From Spirochaetia bacterium (GTDB taxonomy: Bacteria; Spirochaetota; Spirochaetia; SZUA-6; Bin103), in the NCBI GenBank assembly GCA_965208575.1, contig CBDBOV010000005.1, forward strand, positions 288,001-352,000: DNA of 64,000 bases, written 5' to 3'. Each line of letters begins with the position of its first letter. Within the stretch, counting starts at the first letter, position 1. Made by a program: the position numbers and the translations under genes. A model generated the notes under the pieces. The model was not told the origin of the DNA, ran no database searches, and worked only from the letters and a program-made list of their open reading frames with translations. Positions 45,126-54,625 of the stretch are shown in pieces.

Positions 45126-45992
45126 TCAGGCGCCGCCGGCGCCGAAACCACCTCCGCCACCCCGCAGCCGCGGGTCGAGCAGGTCGCGCACGGCATCGCC
45201 AAACATGTTCAGGCTGTAGACCACGATGGTCAGGCACAGGCCCGGCCAGAGCGCCAGCCACGGTCCCTGCTGCATGTACTGGCGGCCTTCCCGGCTCAGC
45301 ATGGCACCCCAGCTCGGAACGTCGGGCGGCAGGCCGAAGCCGAGAAAGCTCAGCGATGCCTCGCTGATGATCACCCCGCCGACGTTGATGCTGAAGACGA
45401 TGATCACCACCGGCATGATGTTGGGTAGGACATGGTGGGTGAACGTCCGCCACTTCGAGGCGCCAATGACCCTGGTCGCCTGGAAATAGGTGTTCTCCTT
45501 GATGTCGATCACGGCGCTTCTGACCAGGCGCGAGCCGCCGATGCCACCCGATATCCCCAGGACCAGTATGAGCTGCGGCACCCCCTTCCCCACGATCGAC
45601 ATGATCGTCAACAACAGCAGCAGTCCCGGGATCGCCATCCAGCCGTCGACGAATCGCTGCACGACCAGATCGAGTTTGCCGCCGAAGAATCCTGACGTGC
45701 CGCCGATCAGCACGGCGACCACGACGTTCACTGCAGTCGCCGACAGACCGACGATCAACGACAGCCGCGCCCCGAAGATGATGCGGCTGAGCACGTCTCG
45801 TCCCAGGTGGTCGGTACCGAGCGGATACGCGGCTGATGAACCGGTCAGGCGGTCTGCCAAGTGTATTTCCAGATACTCATACGGGGCCAGAACGTCGGCA
45901 AAGGCCGCCACCAGAATGAATAGCAGGATCACGATGCCGCCGGCAGCACCGAGTGACTTCTCCCGCCACAGCCTGACGAAGAAAGCAGCCAT
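45126..45992 (-). CDS. ABC permease, DppC-like (cassette 3)
   Basis: LGTDHLGRD, HVLPN, EASLSFLGFG, RDLLDPRLRG. Confidence 0.92.
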   Translation of the reverse strand: MAAFFVRLWREKSLGAAGGIVILLFILVAAFADVLAPYEYLEIHLADRLTGSSAAYPLGTDHLGRDVLSRIIFGARLSLIVGLSATAVNVVVAVLIGGTSGFFGGKLDLVVQRFVDGWMAIPGLLLLLTIMSIVGKGVPQLILVLGISGGIGGSRLVRSAVIDIKENTYFQATRVIGASKWRTFTHHVLPNIMPVVIIVFSINVGGVIISEASLSFLGFGLPPDVPSWGAMLSREGRQYMQQGPWLALWPGLCLTIVVYSLNMFGDAVRDLLDPRLRGGGGGFGAGGA

Positions 45993-46003
45993 TCCCGCCC
46001 GTG

Positions 46004-46960
46004 CTATTGGTAACGGACCCGCGGATCCAGGTAGCCGTACACCAGATCGATCATGAGATTGAACCCCACGACCGCCGTGCCAAAGAACAGGTTTACTCCG
46101 GAGACCACCGGGTAGTCTCTGTCGGTAAGCGCGGTCAGCATGAGACGACCCAACCCCGGCAGGTTGAAGATGTTCTCCATGATAACGGAGCCCCCTACCA
46201 GGATCGGTAGCTGCAGGCCTACCAGGGTCACGATCGGAATGAGGGCATTCTTGACGGCGTGGCGCACGACGACCACCCTCTCCTTGAGGCCCTTGGCCCA
46301 GGCCGTCCGGATGTAGTCCTGCCGCAGCACCTCGAGCATCATGGTGCGCGTTATCCGCATGGTCGCCGCGGACAGGTAGGTACCCAGAATCAGGCTGGGA
46401 ATGATGAACACTCCCAGACTCCTCAGAGGATCTTCCGTGAACCGAATCACTTCTATCGCTGGCGACCAGCCCCACCAGATCGCCGGGAAGATCATGACCA
46501 TGGTTCCCAGCCAGAAGTTCGGCGTTGCCAGGCCGATGATGGCGACCGAGCGCCCCACGTAGTCGGCGGCGGTATCCTGCCGAATCGCCGAGTAGATGCC
46601 GATCGGCAAGGCTATCAACAGCCCGATGACGATCGACATGATGCCAAGCTCAATGGTCACCGGCAATCTGCCGAGTATCTTCTCCTCTACCGCCGCCCGG
46701 CCGCCAATCAGTGAGCGGCCAAGGCTGCCGTGCAGGAAGATGTCCCCTACCCAGCGTCCATACTGTACGTAGCCGGGCACGTCCAGCCCCAGCATACGCT
46801 CGAGAGCCTCACGGTCTACGTCGACCAGGAAATCTGCCCTGCCCAACATTGCGTCTATGGCATCGCCCGGGATGAAGCGGACGGAGAAGAAGACAATGAG
46901 GCTCATTACGAACAGGGTGGGGATGACGAGCAGTAACCGCCTGATGACATAGGCCCTCAT
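46004..46960 (-). CDS. ABC permease, DppB-like (cassette 3)
   Basis: MRAYVIRRLL, RQDYIRTAWAKGL, LDPRVRY. Confidence 0.93.
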   Translation of the reverse strand: MRAYVIRRLLLVIPTLFVMSLIVFFSVRFIPGDAIDAMLGRADFLVDVDREALERMLGLDVPGYVQYGRWVGDIFLHGSLGRSLIGGRAAVEEKILGRLPVTIELGIMSIVIGLLIALPIGIYSAIRQDTAADYVGRSVAIIGLATPNFWLGTMVMIFPAIWWGWSPAIEVIRFTEDPLRSLGVFIIPSLILGTYLSAATMRITRTMMLEVLRQDYIRTAWAKGLKERVVVVRHAVKNALIPIVTLVGLQLPILVGGSVIMENIFNLPGLGRLMLTALTDRDYPVVSGVNLFFGTAVVGFNLMIDLVYGYLDPRVRYQ

Positions 46961-47064
46961 AGCACAGATGTCCGGCCTTTATTCAATGCATGGAGAGCTG
47001 GGAAGCGGCGCTGTGAAGCGGGCCTCCCAGCTCTCCTGAGGTCGGCCACAAGGGGATGAAATCC

Positions 47065-48861
47065 CTAACGACCCATTTCTTCCTTTAGCTGACTGTCAAT
47101 CCAGAGGCGGGAGAACATGGTATAAGTCTCGCCCTTCGCCAGCTCTACCTCACCGTTATAGCCTATGACCCACGGCTGGTAGGCAACAAAAAATGGAAGT
47201 TTCGGACTCCATATCAGCCAGTGATTCGCCATCGCATACATGTCCGCCTCGCTCACCAGCCTCTGCTGCTCCTCAGTGGTCGTAGCTGCCAGTGCAGCGT
47301 CAACGAGAGCGTCCAACTTAGGCCACTGGGTGCCGCCGCGGTTCCACTGGTTGTCCGAGTGATACCAGCTTACCGTCATCTCAGGATCATAGATGGTGCC
47401 GGAAATGGCACTGACCATGCCTTCATAGGTACGCGAGAATAGCCTTTCGTGATACTCGCCGTAGTCGAGTACATCGATCTCGACATCGACGCCGATCTCG
47501 GCCCAGTAGGCAACAGCTATTTCTACGTAGCCCAAATCTGCCCAAGGTCCGTAGTTCAAGACGGTCTTGAATCTGGTGCCGTCGGCGCCGCGCGGATACC
47601 CAGCGTCATCGAGGAGCTTCTCGGCACCTTCCGAGTCGTACCGATAGCCTTCCTTGACCTCTTCCGGCCACTGGTCAAATGGGATGAAATACCCCTTCAC
47701 CCCTACCAGTCCCTGAGGTGTCGGATCTGCCTGACCCTTATGGTACGTGTTGGCAACGGTCTCGAGGTCCAGCGCCATCTGCATCGCCTTGCGCACTCGG
47801 ATGTCGTCAAAGGGCGGCACGCGCACGTTAGCGGCAAAGGCGTCATTCGACCGAAACGGAACCGGGTGCTGCACGATCTCCGGGTTGGTTTGCCGTAGGC
47901 TATCCGACTGGTCGATGCTATTCATTTCACCACCCCCAAGGGGTCTCGCATCGATCTTGCCAGTGATTAATGCCGCCTGAATTGTTGCGTGATCTGCAAA
48001 ATTCAGTACCCTTATCTCGTCCACGTAGGGCAAACGGTTCTCCGGGTACTTTTCGTCATAGCCCCAGTAGTCAGGATTCTTGGTCAAAGTGAACGAGCTG
48101 TCCTCGTCAAGTGCAGTCAGCTCGAACGGTCCGGTGCCAACCAGGTTCTTCCAGTCCTTGACGTCACCGTGTTCTCTGATTACCTCAGGCGGCATGATGA
48201 ACGTGAAGTACTCTTCGAGGATAAGCCGCAGCGCAGGGAGGTGTATCTCGTTCAGCTTCATCACCACCGTCGAATCGTCGGTGGCTGTTATCGACTCGAA
48301 TGGGATGGAGGTGAGTGGGCCAGCGGCATTGAAGGCGCTCGGTCCGGCCTCGGTGAACTCGCCCATGCCCAATATGCGGTGAAAGTTGAATTCGATGTCG
48401 TGTGCAGTGAGCTCGCGACCGTTCATCGGCGCCTTATCATGCCAGCGAACGCCCTTGCGGATGTGGAAGGTATGGGTGAGGCCGTCCGGGGAAATATCCC
48501 ATCTTTCAGCCAGCCTCCCGGTAAAGACAGAAAGAGGGATCGGGCCAGATCTAAAATCCCATTCGTCTCTGTCTATTCCCCAGTCGCCGATACCTAGCTT
48601 CTCTGCGACGAGCTGAACATGGAGTCCGCCCCAGCCAAAGTAGGGGTCAGTATCCGAACCGATTCCAAGTCGTTTACCGATGGTAAGTGTCCCGCCGTAC
48701 TCCGGCGCTACTACGACCTTGCCGGTGGTGGGGTCGGTCACATATTTCTTGTCGGCAGCGGCTGCCGGCTCCTCTTCTGCGCCGGCGGCCCACAGGCCGG
48801 TTGTGGTCAGAACCAGGACCAACACAACCGCGAAGGTCCTTGTGATTCTTGCGATATTCAT
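47065..48861 (-). CDS. Family 5 ABC solute-binding protein, cassette 3
   Basis: PEYGGTLT, LAERWD, VGTGPF, PFDDIRVRKAM. Confidence 0.92.
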   Translation of the reverse strand: MNIARITRTFAVVLVLVLTTTGLWAAGAEEEPAAAADKKYVTDPTTGKVVVAPEYGGTLTIGKRLGIGSDTDPYFGWGGLHVQLVAEKLGIGDWGIDRDEWDFRSGPIPLSVFTGRLAERWDISPDGLTHTFHIRKGVRWHDKAPMNGRELTAHDIEFNFHRILGMGEFTEAGPSAFNAAGPLTSIPFESITATDDSTVVMKLNEIHLPALRLILEEYFTFIMPPEVIREHGDVKDWKNLVGTGPFELTALDEDSSFTLTKNPDYWGYDEKYPENRLPYVDEIRVLNFADHATIQAALITGKIDARPLGGGEMNSIDQSDSLRQTNPEIVQHPVPFRSNDAFAANVRVPPFDDIRVRKAMQMALDLETVANTYHKGQADPTPQGLVGVKGYFIPFDQWPEEVKEGYRYDSEGAEKLLDDAGYPRGADGTRFKTVLNYGPWADLGYVEIAVAYWAEIGVDVEIDVLDYGEYHERLFSRTYEGMVSAISGTIYDPEMTVSWYHSDNQWNRGGTQWPKLDALVDAALAATTTEEQQRLVSEADMYAMANHWLIWSPKLPFFVAYQPWVIGYNGEVELAKGETYTMFSRLWIDSQLKEEMGR

Positions 48862-48884
48862 ACGTAACTCCGTACGTGGATTAT

Positions 48885-49041
48885 TTGAGAGTATTGCGTA
48901 GCGGGCTTGCCGCTTCCTGGCTACTCTCGCGCCCGCAACGCGGGCGGCCAGACAGAGTCGAATTCACCAAAGCGCGCGGCGTGTGACTCAACGGGGGTCA
49001 CGCCGCGCGCGCGTGCGGCTCTTTGAGTATCATTTTGCACC
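48885..49041 (-). promoter_or_regulatory. Second copy of the conserved structured SBP leader
   Basis: Homologous to 35654-35819. Confidence 0.55.
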
Positions 49042-49306
49042 TCCATTTTCTGTAGACCGCTCGGCGGACGTCGGGACCTGCGTCACAACGCCACGCGGGG
49101 TCGTGGTCGGCGAAGCACCGCGTCTGAATAGCCGGCAACGCCGGCGGAGGGTCTTGCCGGGAGTCAGTCGCGGGCGGGGTTCCGGCACGGCTGCGGTCGC
49201 CGCGAAGGGCGCGAAGGGCGCGGGCGGTCCGCATGCCGGTTCGGCGGTGGTGAAGGCGACGGCGTGCGCGGGGTCGCGTACGGGGCGATCAGCCGGAGCG
49301 GTTAGT

Positions 49307-51285
49307 CCCAAGTTTGGGGGCCCGTTCTTGTAAGTACTTTATATCACAAGAATTAGCGTGTTTGTGGGTGTAAATCGTGTCCATGTAAATCGTCCTTGTT
49401 TTCAGCGGTCTTTTTCTCTCATCTAATTGACAGTCAATCATTAAATGATTTACTCTTCCTTCCCGAAGGGTGCCCATGTACATCGACACCGTCCCCAACC
49501 GCAACTCTCCCCCAGCCGTCCTCCTCCGCGAATCCTTCCGCCAGCACGGCAAGGTCCGAAAACGCACCATCGCCAACCTCTCCAAGTGGCCCGATCACCT
49601 CGTCGATGGTTTGCGCGTCCTCCTCAACGGCGGTATCGCTCTCCGCTCTCCCAACGAACTGCTCTCCATCTTGCGCAGCTATCCCCACGGCCACGTCGCC
49701 GCCGTCCTCGGTTCCCTCCGCAAGCTCTCCCTCCATTCCCTCGTCGCTCGTCCCGCCTCCCGGGAGCGCGACCTGGTCGTCGCCATGATCGTCGCTCGCG
49801 TCGTCGACGCACGCTCCAAGCTCGCCACCGCTCGCGGCCTGAACCCCGAAAGCGCCGTCTCCTCCCTCGGCCACCTGCTGCAGTTGGGAGCCGTCGACGA
49901 GAATGAGCTGTACAACGCCATGGACTGGCTACTCGCTCGCCAGCACGGCATCGAAAAGCGCTTGGCCAAGCGCCATCTGCAGGACAACACGCTCATGTTG
50001 TACGACCTGACTTCCAGTTACTTCGAGGGACACACCTGCCCGTTGGCGCGCCGCGGTCACAGCCGCGACGGCAAGCGCGGCACCTTGCAGATCGTGTTCG
50101 GCCTGCTGTGTACCGCCGCCGGCTGCCCCATCGCCGTCGAGGTCTTCGAAGGCTCCACCGGCGATCCCAAGACGGTCGCCGCTCAGGTCGACAAGATTCG
50201 CAACCGTTTCGGCTTGCAGCGCGTCGTGCTGGTCGGCGACCGCGGCATGCTCACCGGCGCGCGCATCCGCGAGGACCTGCAGGGGATCGACGGTCTGCGC
50301 TGGATCACGACCCTGCGGGCGCCCACCATCCGCAAGCTGATCAAGGCCGGTGAAGTGGCGCAGACCATGTTCGACGAGCGTGACCTGGCGGAGATCAGCT
50401 CACCCGAGTTCCCGGGCGAGCGGCTGATCGTGTGCCGCAACCCGATCCTGGCCGAGCAACGGCAGCGCAAGAGGCAGGCGTTGCTGGCCTCCACGGAGGA
50501 GGAACTGACGCCGATCGTGACGGCCACGCAGCGCGCCAAGGAGCCGCTGCGCGGCGCCGGCGCGATCGGCCTGCGGGTGGGCAAGGTGATCAACCACTAC
50601 AAGGTGGGCAAGCATTTCACCACCACCATCACCGACGACTCGTTCTCGTTCGCGCGTGATCTGGACAAGATCGCGGCCGAGGAAGAACTGGACGGGCTCT
50701 ACATCGTGCGCTCCAACGTGGAGCCGGAGCTGTTCGACGCCGAGCAGACGGTGACGGCGTACAAGGACCTGGCCAAGGTGGAACGTGCGTTCCGCAGCAT
50801 GAAGACGGTGGATCTGAAGGTGCGACCGATCTATCACCGCAGCGCAGACCGGGTGCGGGCGCACGTGTTCCTGTGCATGCTGGCCTACTACGTGGAGTGG
50901 CACATGCGCAGGAAGCTGGCGCCGGTGCTGTTCGACGACCACGATCCCGCAGCTGGCGAGCAGTTGCGCGAGTCGGTGGTGCAACCGGCGCAACGGTCAC
51001 CGGCGGCACACCGGAAGGCGGCGAGCAAGCGCACCGACGACGGTCTGCCGGTGCACAGCTTTCGCGGCCTGATGAGCGAGTTGGGGACGCTGACGGCCAA
51101 CCGCGTGCGGATGGTGGACAGCGGCGCCACGTTCACCATGCACAGCGAACCGACCGCGCTGCAGCAGCGCTGTTTCGATCTCCTGGAGGTCAGCGCCCAA
51201 GTGTAGCCAGTAACGGACATCGGCTGTTGAGCGCAATTCTCAGATCAATAACGAATTAACAAAATCCCCGCTCTGGAACTTCGGG
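49307..51285 (+). mobile_element. IS1634 family insertion sequence
   Basis: Ends CCCAAGTT... and ...AACTTCGGG; TTAGT direct repeat at 49302-49306 and 51286-51290. Confidence 0.85.
49476..51206 (+). CDS. IS1634 family transposase
   Basis: MYIDTVPNRNSPPAVLLRES, LYDLTSSYFEG, VGDRGM, VERAFRSMK, RVRAHVFLCMLAYY. Confidence 0.93.
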   Translation: MYIDTVPNRNSPPAVLLRESFRQHGKVRKRTIANLSKWPDHLVDGLRVLLNGGIALRSPNELLSILRSYPHGHVAAVLGSLRKLSLHSLVARPASRERDLVVAMIVARVVDARSKLATARGLNPESAVSSLGHLLQLGAVDENELYNAMDWLLARQHGIEKRLAKRHLQDNTLMLYDLTSSYFEGHTCPLARRGHSRDGKRGTLQIVFGLLCTAAGCPIAVEVFEGSTGDPKTVAAQVDKIRNRFGLQRVVLVGDRGMLTGARIREDLQGIDGLRWITTLRAPTIRKLIKAGEVAQTMFDERDLAEISSPEFPGERLIVCRNPILAEQRQRKRQALLASTEEELTPIVTATQRAKEPLRGAGAIGLRVGKVINHYKVGKHFTTTITDDSFSFARDLDKIAAEEELDGLYIVRSNVEPELFDAEQTVTAYKDLAKVERAFRSMKTVDLKVRPIYHRSADRVRAHVFLCMLAYYVEWHMRRKLAPVLFDDHDPAAGEQLRESVVQPAQRSPAAHRKAASKRTDDGLPVHSFRGLMSELGTLTANRVRMVDSGATFTMHSEPTALQQRCFDLLEVSAQV

Positions 51286-51581
51286 TTAGTTGTTTCTCGG
51301 TTCGAAAAGCTGGGGGGGGGGTAGACAGACGTATCGCCGGCCGCTTCAAGGCTAACCAGTAGCTGCGCGGGTACGTATCGTCATGCATCGTGCGCATCGG
51401 TCGCGATCCCAAGGTGGTGACGTTAGCCGAATCGGCAACAGCCGTCAAGCGCGCGAGTCGCCATGGTCGCCATGCACCATTCCTATCGGTTCCTCCCCTC
51501 GGGCGCCACCCACCCGCTCGACTGATTGTGGACCGTCGCCGCAATGGGTTCCTTGTACCACCGGCCTGCCCGGCGCAGCAT

Positions 51582-51627
51582 TTGGCGCAAGATTGGCGCA
51601 AGCCGTGGCGCAAGATTGGCGCAAGCC
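51582..51627. repeat. Four TGGCGCAAG units at the 3' end of the Fic gene
   Basis: TTGGCGCAAGATTGGCGCAAGCCGTGGCGCAAGATTGGCGCAAGCC. Confidence 0.9.
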
Positions 51628-52673
51628 TACACACCGGCAACGGATGGGCGGTACTCCAGGCGGCTTGTGTGCCCAGAGCGCAGGAGCAGGCCCTTGTCGA
51701 CCAGCGCCTTGAGGTCACGCTGCAGCGTCCTGCGCGGAGTTCCCACACACAGCCCCTCGATCTCGACGATGGTGGTCCGGCCGCCCTCGAGCACGTGCCC
51801 CAGGATGAGTGCCTGGCGAGTCGTCAGGCCGTGCCGGCTGGTGAGCAGGTCGTGCCGGATGGCCAGTTCTCCTCGTCGCTTTACCTCCGAGAGCTGGGTA
51901 GCGAGCCCCTCGGTGAAGAATTCGATCCAACCGGTCATGTCCATGTTCGCTTGACGTACGCCCTGAAGCGCCCCGTAGAAAGCCAACCGGTCTCGGTCGT
52001 AGTACTCGCTGATGGTAAAGAGTCGCTTGAAGTCGTACCCGGCGCGGTAGAGGCACAGCGTCGACAAGAGCCGGGACGTGCGTCCGTTGCCATCGAGAAA
52101 CGGATGGATGTGCACTAACTGGAACTGAGCAATAGCACTAACGATGACGGGATGGATGTCCCGATGACCGTTCAACCATGCCACCAGGGCGCGCATGAGG
52201 TCCGGCACCTCGCCGGCCGGTGGAGGCGTGTAGATCGTTTCACCGGTGGCCGAATTCACTACGTAGTTCTGCAATCGCCGGTACTCCCCCGGCGCAGCCG
52301 CCCCGCCGCGAACGCCGTCTACCAGTTGCCGGTGGATCTCGCGTATGAGTCGCTCCGTGATCGGTGTTCCTTCATTGAAATAAGTGCTCACAAACTCGAA
52401 TGCACGGCGATAGTTCAACAACTCGCGTGCGTCGTCCGGATCGGCACCGGGAACTTCTTCTCCTCCCAGTACCCGTGCAGCTTCGTCGAGCGTGAGTCGA
52501 GTGCCCTCGATGTGTGTCGTGTGGTGCGCTTCGAGCAGGAAGGCTCGCGAGCGCATCGCGGCGACCCAATCCTCCGAGAGCGTGGCCGCTTCCAGGAATC
52601 CGCGAGCCCGCTCGACCTGCGTGAGAGCTGAGGCAACGGCGTTGGTTATGGAGAATCGCGGAGTGAATGTCAC
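51627..52673 (-). CDS. Fic family protein with C-terminal HTH
   Basis: [12 protein letters not shown] catalytic motif; TTHIEGT inhibitory-like motif; [17 protein letters not shown]. Confidence 0.92.
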   Translation of the reverse strand: MTFTPRFSITNAVASALTQVERARGFLEAATLSEDWVAAMRSRAFLLEAHHTTHIEGTRLTLDEAARVLGGEEVPGADPDDARELLNYRRAFEFVSTYFNEGTPITERLIREIHRQLVDGVRGGAAAPGEYRRLQNYVVNSATGETIYTPPPAGEVPDLMRALVAWLNGHRDIHPVIVSAIAQFQLVHIHPFLDGNGRTSRLLSTLCLYRAGYDFKRLFTISEYYDRDRLAFYGALQGVRQANMDMTGWIEFFTEGLATQLSEVKRRGELAIRHDLLTSRHGLTTRQALILGHVLEGGRTTIVEIEGLCVGTPRRTLQRDLKALVDKGLLLRSGHTSRLEYRPSVAGV

Positions 52674-52693
52674 GTCATCCTACTTCGACAGGG

Positions 52694-53605
52694 TCAGTCG
52701 AAGCGCCCGGCGCCGCCGCGCAGGCGGGGGTCGAGCAGGTCGCGCAGGGCGTCGCCGAAGATGTTGATCGCGAACACCACGAACGCCAGGCACAGTCCCG
52801 GCCACAGCGCCAGCGCCGGCGCGATCTCCATGTACTTGCGGCCCTCCGCGCTCAGCATGCCGCCCCAGGTCGGCTGCGGCGGCGGAATCCCGAACCCCAG
52901 GAAGCTCACCGTCGCCTCGCCGATGATCGCCGAGCCGAGCGTGACGGTGAACAGGATGATGTTGGGGGCGATGGTCTGCGGCAGCACGTGCTGCGCGAGG
53001 ATGCGTAGCGGCCGGGCGCCGGTGGCGCGCGCCGCCTCCACGTAGGCGTGTTCCCGGACGCTCAGCACCACGCTGCGGATGGTGCGCACGTTGGCGATGC
53101 CCCACGGCACGCCGATCACCACCGCGATCGACAGGATGCTCGGACCCAGCAGCAGCATCGCGGTCAGCACCAGGAACAGCCACGGGAAGCTCATCACCGC
53201 GTCCACGAAACGCTGCAGCACGAGGTCGAACGTGCCGCCCCAGTAGCCGGAGACCACGCCGAGCAGGGTGGCGGTGAGGACCGTGAACGCGCTCGCCAGC
53301 AGGCCGACGACCATCGAAATGCGGGCGCCGTGGATGATGCGGCTCAGCGAGTCGCGCCCGAACTGGTCGGTGCCGAGCCAGAACTCGGCGGACGGCCCCT
53401 CCAGGCGGCGCGGGACGTCCTGGTCGGCGTAGTCGTACGGGGCCAACTGGTCGGCGAACACCCCGACGAGGAAGAACACCAGCACCACGATCATGCCGGC
53501 GGCGCCGTGCGGTTTCTCCTTGAACAATCTCCGGAACAGGACGGCTATTCCCCGTCGCGCCGCGGCCGCCGTGACCGCCTGTTCGGGCTCGTAGGTTGAA
53601 GCCAT
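52694..53605 (-). CDS. ABC permease, DppC-like (cassette 4)
   Basis: WLGTDQFGRD, YVEAARATGA, RDLLDPRLRG. Confidence 0.92.
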   Translation of the reverse strand: MASTYEPEQAVTAAAARRGIAVLFRRLFKEKPHGAAGMIVVLVFFLVGVFADQLAPYDYADQDVPRRLEGPSAEFWLGTDQFGRDSLSRIIHGARISMVVGLLASAFTVLTATLLGVVSGYWGGTFDLVLQRFVDAVMSFPWLFLVLTAMLLLGPSILSIAVVIGVPWGIANVRTIRSVVLSVREHAYVEAARATGARPLRILAQHVLPQTIAPNIILFTVTLGSAIIGEATVSFLGFGIPPPQPTWGGMLSAEGRKYMEIAPALALWPGLCLAFVVFAINIFGDALRDLLDPRLRGGAGRFD

Positions 53606-54561
53606 TACTGGTAGCGGATGCGCGGGTCGAGCCACGCGTAGCTGATGTCGATGACGAGGTTCACGAACAGTACGAAGGTGGCGGCGATCAGGTTCAGGCC
53701 CGACACGATCGCGTAGTCGCGCTTCTCCATGGCCTGCACCATGATGCCGCCGACGCCCGGCAGGTTGAAGATCGACTCCACCACCACCGCGCCGCCCACC
53801 AGCACGGGAAGCTGCAGGCCGACCATGGTGAGCACCGGAATGAGCGCGTTCTTGAGCGCGTGGCGCACGATCACCAGCCGCTCGCGCAGCCCCTTCGCCC
53901 AGGCGGTCCTGATGTAGTCCTGGCGCAGCACCTCCAGCATCATGTTGCGGGTCAGCCGCATGGTGATTCCGGACAGCCACATGCCCAGGATGAACGCCGG
54001 GATCACCACCATGATGGTGTGCGCGACCGGATTGGCGTAGAACGGGATCCAACTCAGGCGCGGCGCCCATCCCCACCAGATCGGCGGATAGATCAGCACC
54101 ATGGTGCCGATCCAGAAGCTCGGCACGCAGATGAAGGCTATGGCGATGGCGCGCAGCACGTGGTCGGCGGCGCTTTCCGGCCGGATGCCGGAATAGATCG
54201 CCACCGGCAGCGCGATCAGCAGCGAAAACACCAGGGCCAGCGAGCCCACCTCCAGGGACACCGGCAGCCCGATCACGATCTGCTCCGTGACCGGCAGCTT
54301 GGACCAGAACGACGTGCCCAGGTCGCCGCGCAGCACGCCGGACATCCAGCGCGCGTACTGGACGTGGATCGGCAGATCCAGCCCGAGTTCGCGGCGCAGC
54401 ACGATGCGCGGATCCTCGTCGCCGGTCTTGTATGGGGTGAGCGTCACCATGATGTCCACCGCGTCGCCGGGAACGAAGCGCAGCCCGGCGAACACGATCA
54501 GGGTGATGATCAGCAGGGTGGGGATGATCAGCAGCAACCGCCGCAGGATGTACGCGTGCAT
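53605..54561 (-). CDS. ABC permease, DppB-like (cassette 4)
   Basis: MHAYILRRLL, RQDYIRTAWAKGL, LDPRIRY. Confidence 0.92.
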   Translation of the reverse strand: MHAYILRRLLLIIPTLLIITLIVFAGLRFVPGDAVDIMVTLTPYKTGDEDPRIVLRRELGLDLPIHVQYARWMSGVLRGDLGTSFWSKLPVTEQIVIGLPVSLEVGSLALVFSLLIALPVAIYSGIRPESAADHVLRAIAIAFICVPSFWIGTMVLIYPPIWWGWAPRLSWIPFYANPVAHTIMVVIPAFILGMWLSGITMRLTRNMMLEVLRQDYIRTAWAKGLRERLVIVRHALKNALIPVLTMVGLQLPVLVGGAVVVESIFNLPGVGGIMVQAMEKRDYAIVSGLNLIAATFVLFVNLVIDISYAWLDPRIRYQ

Positions 54562-54625
54562 GACTACCAGACACAAGAGGCCGGGCCGAATCGGCCCAGC
54601 CTCTTGTTATTCGCACAAACGGGTG

